This document shows, one piece after another, positions 1-7,443 of a stretch of DNA of 10,011 nucleotides. This DNA comes from Bdellovibrionota bacterium (GTDB taxonomy: Bacteria > Bdellovibrionota_C > UBA2361 > JBIKWN01). The notes beneath the pieces are model-generated. The model ran no database searches, was not told the origin of the DNA, and worked only from the letters and a program-made list of their open reading frames with translations. Position 1 is the first letter of the stretch. Every line of letters begins with the position of its first letter. The stretch is taken from the NCBI GenBank assembly GCA_044356295.1, contig JBIKWN010000081.1, positions 1-10,011 on the forward strand, given 5' to 3'. Position numbers and translations under genes: made by a program.

Positions 1-227
1 TCAAGAGAAACCTTGCCGAGGCGAATTTTTTTTAAGGTTTCTAAACTTCCATCACCTTCAAAGGGGTTCAATGGCTTAATATGCCCCTCTTTGTTTGATG
101 GGCTTCTTGTTCGCAGCGACATTGTTCGCGAAGCACGAGGAAAGGAACTATTCTCTAATTTTGCTAAAGACTGCCCTTTAAAGGCGCTCCCCCGCATTTT
201 ACTCTCTTTTGTATCTCGACTTCCCAT
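1..227 (-). CDS. Possible N-terminal fragment of a hypothetical protein running off the left edge (MGSRDTKESKMRGSAFKGQ...KIRLGKVSL)
   Basis: Manual translation: the minus frame is open from ATG at 227 to the window edge, co-directional with the oxidase gene. No recognisable motif. Not in the ORF track because its stop lies outside the window. Confidence 0.4.
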   Translation of the reverse strand, partial: MGSRDTKESKMRGSAFKGQSLAKLENSSFPRASRTMSLRTRSPSNKEGHIKPLNPFEGDGSLETLKKIRLGKVSL

Positions 228-371
228 CAGAGATGGTAAATTCGGCAAAAATTCAGATAAGTTAACAGTTTTCTAAATGAAATAATTCCAAAACTAAGAA
301 ACTCTAATTACCTTCCAAGAGATTAATGCAGAAAAGAAAAAACCTACAAGCCTCAACTAGCTACAGTCAGC

Positions 372-1340
372 CTAGCTATCGGCCTTCAGCGCTTCTACCA
401 ATGAAATTACTTCTTGGGCGCATCCCCATGCAACCGTATAACCACCACCTCCGTGACCGTAATTGTGGATGACCGATTTGCCATTTCTATGATGCTCTAC
501 TTCTAATCGAATCTCGTCACGTCCAGGACGTAAGCCAACAGATTCCGAAAGCACGCGACTGTTTTTTAATTCAGGCATGACCAGTTCGCAGCGTTTTTTA
601 AATTCATGCGATTGCTGAGGATTCACCACGAGCGACCAATCGCCAATATCGGCAGTGCCACCTAATAAATAATCATGGGCTCTGGGCAGTATCATCGTGA
701 AATTATCTTTCGACAGAATAATACGAACATCTGGTGAAAATGTATCTTCTTTTGCGACACTCAAAACTTGTCCACGAATAGGGTAAACGGAGGTATCATG
801 CACAAGATGATAGGCCCCTAATCCACAACAATTGATCACTGTATCGTAATGCTCAAATAGTTCTTCTATGGTCTGTATTAATTGAACAAAAATTTGACCG
901 CCTAGAGCACGATACTTATCTTCGATGTATGGCATAAAAGTAGGTACATCAATAACAGGTAGTACAATGCTATATGCTTTCTCGAAAGGTATTCCGTAAT
1001 CGATTCCATCTATAGCGTTCCATGCTTCAACCATTTCTAAAACGCTTAGCGTTTCATCTTCTTCCTCACAAAATCGAAGACAGGTTTGAAACGATACGCC
1101 ACTGAATGGATCTGTCTGAAAATGTTTATATGCATGGAACGATGTAGCAGACCATGCCTTCACTTTATCGAATGGTTTAGTATTATAAGGCCACCAGAAA
1201 GCACCAGCACTCATAGATGTCGTTTGAGCAAGTGCATCTTTAGAATAGATAAGGACGTCATAGCCTTTTTCGAGTAGTCCGATACCGCAACTCAATCCAG
1301 ATATGCCTCGTCCGATAATTGCTATTTTTTGCTTATTCAC
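372..1340 (-). CDS. FAD-dependent oxidoreductase, D-amino acid/D-aspartate oxidase (DAO) family
   Basis: N-terminal Rossmann motif IAIIGRGISG; TTSMSAGAFW; VINCCGLGA..L..D..VYPIRGQV; LGGT; VGLRPGR; DAO signature VIHNYGHGGGGYTVAWGCA; 322 aa; GTG start. Confidence 0.92.
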   Translation of the reverse strand: MNKQKIAIIGRGISGLSCGIGLLEKGYDVLIYSKDALAQTTSMSAGAFWWPYNTKPFDKVKAWSATSFHAYKHFQTDPFSGVSFQTCLRFCEEEDETLSVLEMVEAWNAIDGIDYGIPFEKAYSIVLPVIDVPTFMPYIEDKYRALGGQIFVQLIQTIEELFEHYDTVINCCGLGAYHLVHDTSVYPIRGQVLSVAKEDTFSPDVRIILSKDNFTMILPRAHDYLLGGTADIGDWSLVVNPQQSHEFKKRCELVMPELKNSRVLSESVGLRPGRDEIRLEVEHHRNGKSVIHNYGHGGGGYTVAWGCAQEVISLVEALKADS

Positions 1341-1421
1341 TCTGAGCAGTCTGATTTTATTGTAATTTCATAAAGTAAAACACAACAGTTACAAAACACC
1401 AAAATAAATCTTTAATCGCAA

Positions 1422-1473
1422 TAAAAGTGCGGCATATTGTCGCATTTTTACTAAAATTATATTTAGCTATAAT
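1422..1473 (+). promoter_or_regulatory. Palindromic operator candidate (1422-1450) plus perfect -10 box TATAAT (1468-1473) upstream of the beta-barrel gene
   Basis: TAAAAGTGCGGCA-tat-TGTCGCATTTTTA is a 13-bp inverted repeat with 2 mismatches. TATAAT ends 8 nt before ATG 1482. Confidence 0.5.
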
Positions 1474-1481
1474 TCGTGACT

Positions 1482-2609
1482 ATGAAAAATAATAACTTAA
1501 AAATTTCCGATATAAATAGCTCTTTAAAAATTTTATGTCTTACAGTAGCAATCTGTACTCTTACAAATAATGTTTTTGCAGATGACGATCCTTGCTGTAC
1601 GGGACATATAAAAGCTTTTGCTCCTGCCTCTGTTATGGGAGCTCACCTTCATAAAAAAGGCGAATCAATGTTTGGTTATAGCTATATGTATGGAGCTATG
1701 AGCCAAGGTAAACCTGCAGGTACATCCCTCACCTCGCCTCATGATCATGATCATGATAGCGGACATGGAGGCGAAGAGGACTCCGGACATCATCACGAAA
1801 AATCTTTAAGACATGGTGATGAGCATCATGATGACACCCCTTCTGCTTCCACTTCTCACCAACACACAATGCAACACCAAATGCATATGCTAGAGGGAAT
1901 GTATGGGGTATCAGATAACTTCAACATAATGGCAATGGTTCCATTAGTACAACAAAGAATGAATCATAGAATGCCTGGAGAAGAAGGATTTTCTACTGAA
2001 AATAATGGAATAGGCGATGTTTCACTAACAGGATTACATTCTTTATACAGAGGAGATAATTCTTTGCTGCACGCAGGTTTTGGAATGAGTTTTCCAACTG
2101 CAGATATTGATGATACTGATATTTATCATGGTGTTAATTCAAACCATCCTTACATGATGCAAGTTGGATCTGGAACTTTTGATTTATTACCGTCTTTAAC
2201 GTATCAAGAAACTTTTGGGAAATTTGGATGGGGCCTTCAAGGCTCTATGGTGAATAGATTAGGAAGGAATAATAATGACTATGCTTTAGGAGATAGATAT
2301 AACGTCACTACTTGGGCAGGTTATGAATTAGCTCCAAGATTTAGACTAACTTCTCGTGTAACAGCAAAATTTTGGGATGATGTAACAGGAATGGATGATG
2401 ACATATTGATTAAGTCAAAAATGGCAGATCCAAGATCTCAAGGTGGAAATTTAATTGAAGCAGGAATTGGAGGATTATACTCTTTCTATGCTGCTGGTTT
2501 AGGTCATTCAGTAGGAATTGAAGCTGGATTTCCGATTACTCAAGAAGTTGATTCTGGTTGGATGAACCAAGATTGGATGTTGACTACTACTTGGAGAGTG
2601 GTTTTTTAA
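1482..2609 (+). CDS. Outer-membrane beta-barrel 'transporter' (Phenol_MetA_deg/SphA-like) with His-rich insertion; possible metal uptake
   Basis: Signal peptide ending NVFA; family-like motifs APASVMGAHLHKKGESMFGYSYMY, GIGDVSL, GMSFPT, PYMMQVGSGTFD; alternating beta-strand pattern; C-terminal Phe (WRVVF); His/Asp tract HDHDHD..HHH..HGDEHHDD. ATG 1482 preferred over GTG 1476. Confidence 0.78.
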   Translation: MKNNNLKISDINSSLKILCLTVAICTLTNNVFADDDPCCTGHIKAFAPASVMGAHLHKKGESMFGYSYMYGAMSQGKPAGTSLTSPHDHDHDSGHGGEEDSGHHHEKSLRHGDEHHDDTPSASTSHQHTMQHQMHMLEGMYGVSDNFNIMAMVPLVQQRMNHRMPGEEGFSTENNGIGDVSLTGLHSLYRGDNSLLHAGFGMSFPTADIDDTDIYHGVNSNHPYMMQVGSGTFDLLPSLTYQETFGKFGWGLQGSMVNRLGRNNNDYALGDRYNVTTWAGYELAPRFRLTSRVTAKFWDDVTGMDDDILIKSKMADPRSQGGNLIEAGIGGLYSFYAAGLGHSVGIEAGFPITQEVDSGWMNQDWMLTTTWRVVF

Positions 2610-2638
2610 TTGAAGGCTCACTGCTCTTAGAAATTTCT

Positions 2639-2706
2639 GGTACAGGGTAACTTTCATTGTGATTTAAACTAGTCAAAGTAATAAGTAATTCGTGTTACTT
2701 TGTACC
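2639..2706. repeat. 68-bp hairpin intergenic repeat, copy 1
   Basis: ggtacagggtaactttcattgtgatttaaactagtcaaagtaataagtaattcgtgttactttgtacc; 13-bp imperfect terminal inverted repeats. Confidence 0.97.
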
Positions 2707-2729
2707 AATTGTTTATTTTCGCTTCATTG

Positions 2730-3119
2730 TTATTTGTGGGAACCCTTCTTGAATACTTCTTTAGCAGAGCCAAGAAATTTTGTTGCCAATGCAACAATAG
2801 CTTCTTCAGATAAAGAAAAATAATCACGGACTGATAAATTTCTTGCATTGATACAATCTATCCAAAGCTTTGGGTCGTTGAGGATTTCAATCGTTGCAGC
2901 TTCTCTGACGACATCTTTTGGGGCGTATGCCTCAAGTCCTTTATCTTCAACGATTCGCTTTAACTCTTTCCAGCTATACTCAAGAGCAACCTCAAATGCT
3001 TTAGTAAGAGCCATAAAATAAATGGAACGCTCGGATAAAGATGATGGTTGATATGCATCAATACATCTTTTCAGATCATGTAATGATTCATGCAGCTTTT
3101 TTCTTTTTAGCTCTTCCAT
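2730..3119 (-). CDS. HEPN-domain protein, nucleotidyltransferase substrate-binding (HI0074-like) family; toxin partner, catalytic His apparently substituted
   Basis: Motifs KAFEVALEYSWKELK, APKDVVREA, LWIDCINARNLSVRDY; 129 aa from ATG 3119 with AAGGAAG ribosome-binding site; overlaps the end of the MNT gene. Confidence 0.88.
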   Translation of the reverse strand: MEELKRKKLHESLHDLKRCIDAYQPSSLSERSIYFMALTKAFEVALEYSWKELKRIVEDKGLEAYAPKDVVREAATIEILNDPKLWIDCINARNLSVRDYFSLSEEAIVALATKFLGSAKEVFKKGSHK

Positions 3120-3675
3120 AAAGACTTCCTTTAAAAAACGAAAAACTTGCATAATCACCACAGAGATACTTCACAGGTGAATCAAAATCATCAAAGAAAG
3201 ATGAAGGTGCTTCATCAAAATTTAAGATACTGATCTTTACCGGCAAATTATCAAATGAACTATCACATTGCTCTTTTATATCTAAGAAATCTTGCCAAAA
3301 AAGTGGTACCTCACCACCAGTCAATCCAATATCATAATCTGAATATTTTCTTGCTTTGCCTGTAACTCTGCTGCCGTACAAAAAAGCTCCTATCTTACAA
3401 TTGTTTCTTGTACTTCTATTAGTTACCTTTTTTAATGTTTCAATAATCTCTTTCAGATCATCACTTGTCTCTTCAGATAAAAGTGACATCGGCGCAGTAT
3501 CTAATGCCTTGCATATGGAAAGATATGCTTCAGTGAATGGAGAGAGTTCACCACGTACATATGGATAGATCGTATTTCTGTGCAGACCAGATGCAATTGC
3601 TAATGCAGAAAAACTATTAACCCCAGAAGAAGCCATGCATTGTTCAAGTTTTACTTTGTCGATTTTAATCTTCAT
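3088..3675 (-). CDS. XRE-like HTH fused to minimal nucleotidyltransferase (MNT) domain; antitoxin of an MNT-HEPN pair
   Basis: HTH-like SFSALAIASGLHRNTIYPYVRG...ICKALD...LL; Pol-beta-type motif FLYGSRVTGKARKYSDYDIG. Start placed at ATG 3675 because the region up to 3705 is occupied by a promoter/operator palindrome. Confidence 0.87.
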   Translation of the reverse strand: MKIKIDKVKLEQCMASSGVNSFSALAIASGLHRNTIYPYVRGELSPFTEAYLSICKALDTAPMSLLSEETSDDLKEIIETLKKVTNRSTRNNCKIGAFLYGSRVTGKARKYSDYDIGLTGGEVPLFWQDFLDIKEQCDSSFDNLPVKISILNFDEAPSSFFDDFDSPVKYLCGDYASFSFFKGSLYGRAKKKKAA

Positions 3676-3681
3676 AATTTC

Positions 3682-3724
3682 AATATAGCATAATATTTTA
3701 GGCATAGTAGCATAAAATATTATG
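3682..3724 (-). promoter_or_regulatory. Operator palindrome overlapping an extended -10 promoter of the TA operon
   Basis: Perfect 12-bp inverted repeat CATAATATTTTA (3689-3700) / TAAAATATTATG (3713-3724) with a 12-bp spacer. On the minus strand TGcTATATT ends 6 nt before ATG 3675. Confidence 0.65.
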
Positions 3725-3778
3725 ATTATTTAGGTGACGCTCACCTTTTCAAGGTTATCGTCCCTAATACCACTATTT

Positions 3779-3846
3779 GGCTCAGGGTAACTTTCATTGT
3801 GATTTAAACTACTGAAATCATTAAGTAATCCAAGTTACCTTGTACC
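3779..3846. repeat. 68-bp hairpin intergenic repeat, copy 2
   Basis: ggctcagggtaactttcattgtgatttaaactactgaaatcattaagtaatccaagttaccttgtacc; same orientation as copy 1. Confidence 0.97.
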
Positions 3847-3865
3847 AATTATTTCTCGTAAGAAA

Positions 3866-4969
3866 TTAGTCGGGTTTAGTAGCCACGATACTATAACCAC
3901 CATCGTGAAAGTATTCTTTAACATCTATAAATCCAACGTTACTAAAATCTTCCGGCAATAAAACAGTATAATTTGCCAAACAAGATGGAGCTAAATCTTC
4001 ATCTTCATAGTGAATAAGAGCAAATATACAACGCTCTTTATTATCTTCGTATTTTTGAATAATTTTTTGTTTTTCTTCAGCATTTTTAGGATCTGCTTTG
4101 CTAAGCTCAGCTTCCAACTTAGATTCTAATGAATAAAAAGTTTTAATAGCCAAATCGTAATACGTTACAGGTTCAACCGAAACAAAATGAAATGTTTTTC
4201 CACCGGCCTTTAGAAGGTTAAAACAATTTGCCACTGTTTTCTGTGCTTGTTGCGGGTTTAACACCGCTTCGCAAAGAACATTAACAGAATAAACAAAATC
4301 TTCTTTTCCATGAAAATCATCTTCTATTTCAGCGGTAAAATCTTGTGTCTGAATAATTCCTTTTAGTAAATGGGAAAGTGCAGATTCAGAATCATCTGAC
4401 CTATCATTATCAATTCCAAGAATGAATCCACCTAAACTTCCTAGAAGCATCAGATCGTATGGTATTTGTCCGCATCCAAACTCAACTATACTCCTACCTG
4501 AAAAATAGTTTGAAATCTTAGCGTGCCTTTCTTCAAAAGTTCCTTCAAACGCATCACATAAAAGGCATAGTTGAAAAATAAAATGTTCAGATACAGCATC
4601 AGATTTATGCAATAAAGTAATGTCATTGGATCTTGTTGCATTGAATGGAACATTGGACCTGTAAAGCCACTGGGCAAATTCCTTATTTTCACGGAATAAG
4701 GAGAGCGATCTTGTTGGATGTAAAATTCTATATGAATCTGCACTCTGCGAATTATTTTCCGAAGAACTATAGTGCTCCATTAATGATGTAGCTATTAATT
4801 GATTGGGGCACGTCCCTCTTCGTTCTTCAAATTCGCGTTTGATGTGATCTAATGTAGCGATTTTTTCTTGATTAGATAGTCGAGTCAGAGCCAAGTCTAA
4901 ATCAATCGAATCTGGAATTCTTGATATAAGTGAACTATAGGGGCGCTCTGCGTCGATACTGCTATGCAT
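3866..4969 (-). CDS. Class I SAM-dependent methyltransferase domain protein with N-terminal extension
   Basis: Motif I GRSIVEFGCG; acidic strand-2 end ILGIDND; DFVYSVNVL; NCFNLLKAGGKTFH; terminal strand YSIVATK. Substrate unknown. Confidence 0.75.
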   Translation of the reverse strand: MHSSIDAERPYSSLISRIPDSIDLDLALTRLSNQEKIATLDHIKREFEERRGTCPNQLIATSLMEHYSSSENNSQSADSYRILHPTRSLSLFRENKEFAQWLYRSNVPFNATRSNDITLLHKSDAVSEHFIFQLCLLCDAFEGTFEERHAKISNYFSGRSIVEFGCGQIPYDLMLLGSLGGFILGIDNDRSDDSESALSHLLKGIIQTQDFTAEIEDDFHGKEDFVYSVNVLCEAVLNPQQAQKTVANCFNLLKAGGKTFHFVSVEPVTYYDLAIKTFYSLESKLEAELSKADPKNAEEKQKIIQKYEDNKERCIFALIHYEDEDLAPSCLANYTVLLPEDFSNVGFIDVKEYFHDGGYSIVATKPD

Positions 4970-5031
4970 TATAGACTATTCTAAAAGATTATTGAGGCTA
5001 CTCAAGGGCAGGCTCAGGAGATAACGATTTT

Positions 5032-5099
5032 GGTTCAGGGTAACTTTCATTGTGATTTAACTTACTGAAAGTATTAAATAATCCGAGTTACCTTGTACC
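5032..5099. repeat. 68-bp hairpin intergenic repeat, copy 3
   Basis: ggttcagggtaactttcattgtgatttaacttactgaaagtattaaataatccgagttaccttgtacc; 2 nt from the stop codon of 5102..5719. Confidence 0.97.
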
Positions 5100-5101
5100 T
5101 A

Positions 5102-5719
5102 TTATTGATTAATGCTTGGGCGCCACTCCGTTGCAAAATTAACAATTGAAGGGGTGCGGTTTAGGGCAGGTAGGTTAAGTGGCTTGCCTCCATCAGTGAA
5201 TAAAGATTTATATCTGAATGACAGTCCAGTTGAGGTGGTAATCCTTAAGGTGCGAGATTGACGCACAGTATCGAAATCTGGTTTATTCGTTGTGAGTCGA
5301 AGATGCACAGAGCAACCTGAAGAGTTACCATCGACATCAGTACAGATACCTCGTTCAAAGGTCACATCAAGTCTTTTTGTCCCTTGTCGTTTTTTGGAGT
5401 TATGAGTGTCTCTTATGACGACAAGTCCTACGTTATCATTTCTGCGAACACGCACTGCGCCACGCGGTGTTTTCAGCTCCAGTGATTGCCGCTGAGAGGG
5501 AACATCTTTGATGGAAGGGAAAAATTTTGAGTAGTAACCATTAATGTCTCCTGCTCGAATAGTGAGTAATTTCTTACTAAAATCCGCGCCACGTGGCGAA
5601 AAAAAGATTCCGTAATCAATGAAATCTTGAGCTGTGAAAGTGTATGGAGCTGCAAAAACCGCGCTATCGGTCATGACGAAAACAGATAGCGAAAGGAAGA
5701 GTTTATTTAGTAATTTCAT
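5102..5719 (-). CDS. Secreted hypothetical protein, paralog A
   Basis: Signal peptide ending AVFA; basic, beta-rich, one Cys pair; gap-free alignment to 8278..8892 with many synonymous differences supports a real gene. Confidence 0.88.
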   Translation of the reverse strand: MKLLNKLFLSLSVFVMTDSAVFAAPYTFTAQDFIDYGIFFSPRGADFSKKLLTIRAGDINGYYSKFFPSIKDVPSQRQSLELKTPRGAVRVRRNDNVGLVVIRDTHNSKKRQGTKRLDVTFERGICTDVDGNSSGCSVHLRLTTNKPDFDTVRQSRTLRITTSTGLSFRYKSLFTDGGKPLNLPALNRTPSIVNFATEWRPSINQ

Positions 5720-5815
5720 ATGAAGAGATCCCTTTTAAAATATGCTGCGATATTATTACACCAATTATTATCCTTTTTCACTAGAAAAGCAAAGTTATTT
5801 TTTTAAAAAAATTCT

Positions 5816-5883
5816 GGCACAGGGTAACTTTCATTGTGATTTAAACTACTGAAAGTATTAAGTAATCCAAGTTACCTTGTACC
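5816..5883. repeat. 68-bp hairpin intergenic repeat, copy 4
   Basis: ggcacagggtaactttcattgtgatttaaactactgaaagtattaagtaatccaagttaccttgtacc. Confidence 0.97.
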
Positions 5884-6007
5884 TATTATTTCTTTTTCCT
5901 AACGCTACTCAGAGAATAGCGCTGAAAATCAGAGTATGTATCCGAGATTATGTAACCCATCAAAAATAAACAGTTTTTTTTCTAAACGGGTAGCGTCACT
6001 GTTACTG

Positions 6008-7318
6008 TTATTTTGGCTTCCTGCGTAATCTGTAAACACTAAGAGCCCTCATAGGTATCGCATCACCCTTATAATACAGTGTCACTGCAGTTGGTTCTTG
6101 CAAGCCTTCATATCGTTCCAAGGATTTCTCAACTTGCACTCGATTCGTTCGGTATGTTGTTGAAGGCTCTTGCATCGGTAAAAAACCAACTAATGAATTC
6201 ATTCGACAAAGTTTATGGAGAAGTGCAACTAGTTCATCAATACATTCATGTATATCAACTCGCGATAAGAAATGTTGATTCGGATTGATACGACATATGA
6301 CACCTCTGCGACCAAGGCGATGGAACAGATGAAGCTGTATATTACCAATCGGCTTATTGGATTGCTCTTCAAACAGTACAAGTTGGAGAAAATTTTTACT
6401 ATGCCATCCCTGCAGATCATCCGACGAGCATAAATCAGAAGAAGCCCGTGAATAAAAACTCGCGGTATCTTTTCGAAGCTGCGCATAGACGCCGATTGTT
6501 TGTTTCTGCTGAATTCTTCCATCTTGCGCCACGAGCGTGAATCGCATTCCTTGCTCTGGGATCTGCAAGATTGCGCAGTCCTGCGAGCGGTCCTGTATTT
6601 TAATGAATTGAGCAAAGGTACAAAATTTTGCTCTGTCATCCGATGGCGGAAAGCTCATAAGAGACGCAACATACTCTGAGCACTCATCCAGTATCTTATC
6701 ATTTTTATTAGCAAGCATATCCACCGAGCGGCATCGTGCATTTCTTACAAAGTTTTTGAGTGCCTCAGGATGAGCGCCGTACCATTGAACTGTCATCGTT
6801 AACGCATCATCAACGCGCAGTATCACTGACGCCTCAGACAAAAGTACTCTCAGGAACTGAGAAGGATTTACTGGTGGGTTATCCTCCAGGATCTTGATAA
6901 TCTGTTCGAAGCGCAGTGCACCAAACTGCTTATAAATCGCACTACATTCGCGAAAACTTTGTCTATCAAAACGTAACAATTTTTTAGCCGTCTTCGGATC
7001 GACAGGTGTGCTGAATTCGTGCAAGACCATCCGTGCATTGGACAGCTGCTTATCTCTTGTAATGCGGATTTCATCATTGATAAGAGATGAAAGCAGCTCT
7101 ACCTGCGTGCGTCTATCAAAATCAGGATACAGTATTGAAAGTTGCTTCAGTGCTTTTTCAAACTCGTACGAGCGTGCATAAGAAAAAATTTGCCGTACGG
7201 CAGATCGATTCCTGTTTTGATTCGGGAATGAAGTCTTTTCTTTCGTCTGTAAATGGATGTCAGCAGTATGCATCGTAACTATACGTAGGATATTACCTGC
7301 AGGGTGGTTCCTACTCAA
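6008..7318 (-). CDS. Hypothetical protein (about 420-436 aa); start uncertain (TTG 7318 or ATG 7273)
   Basis: Long ORF filling the interval between repeat copies 4 and 5; helical-looking N-terminal half, alpha/beta-looking C-terminal half; no recognised motif. Confidence 0.72.
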   Translation of the reverse strand: MSRNHPAGNILRIVTMHTADIHLQTKEKTSFPNQNRNRSAVRQIFSYARSYEFEKALKQLSILYPDFDRRTQVELLSSLINDEIRITRDKQLSNARMVLHEFSTPVDPKTAKKLLRFDRQSFRECSAIYKQFGALRFEQIIKILEDNPPVNPSQFLRVLLSEASVILRVDDALTMTVQWYGAHPEALKNFVRNARCRSVDMLANKNDKILDECSEYVASLMSFPPSDDRAKFCTFAQFIKIQDRSQDCAILQIPEQGMRFTLVAQDGRIQQKQTIGVYAQLRKDTASFYSRASSDLCSSDDLQGWHSKNFLQLVLFEEQSNKPIGNIQLHLFHRLGRRGVICRINPNQHFLSRVDIHECIDELVALLHKLCRMNSLVGFLPMQEPSTTYRTNRVQVEKSLERYEGLQEPTAVTLYYKGDAIPMRALSVYRLRRKPK

Positions 7319-7368
7319 ATAGCGGTCACATTTTCATCCTACTGCTCGCAATTTACGATAGCGATTTT

Positions 7369-7407
7369 GGTACATGGCAACTGTCATTGTGATTAAAACT
7401 TTTGACC
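7369..7407. repeat. Internally deleted, diverged repeat copy 5 (39 bp)
   Basis: ggtacatggcaactgtcattgtgattaaaacttttga|cc with the usual flanks (cgatttt left, aattattt right); about 29 bp including most of the right arm are missing. Confidence 0.88.
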
Positions 7408-7443
7408 AATTATTTTTTCTCAGACTTAAATCTATCTTTAATA

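Noticed and set aside
13..276. 87-aa plus-strand ORF
   Set aside because: TTG start, no motif; likely a shadow of the open minus-strand frame at 1..227.
3120..3161. N-terminal extension of the HEPN ORF from 3161
   Set aside because: ATG 3119 has a good ribosome-binding site and gives a family-typical length; the extension only deepens the overlap with the MNT gene.
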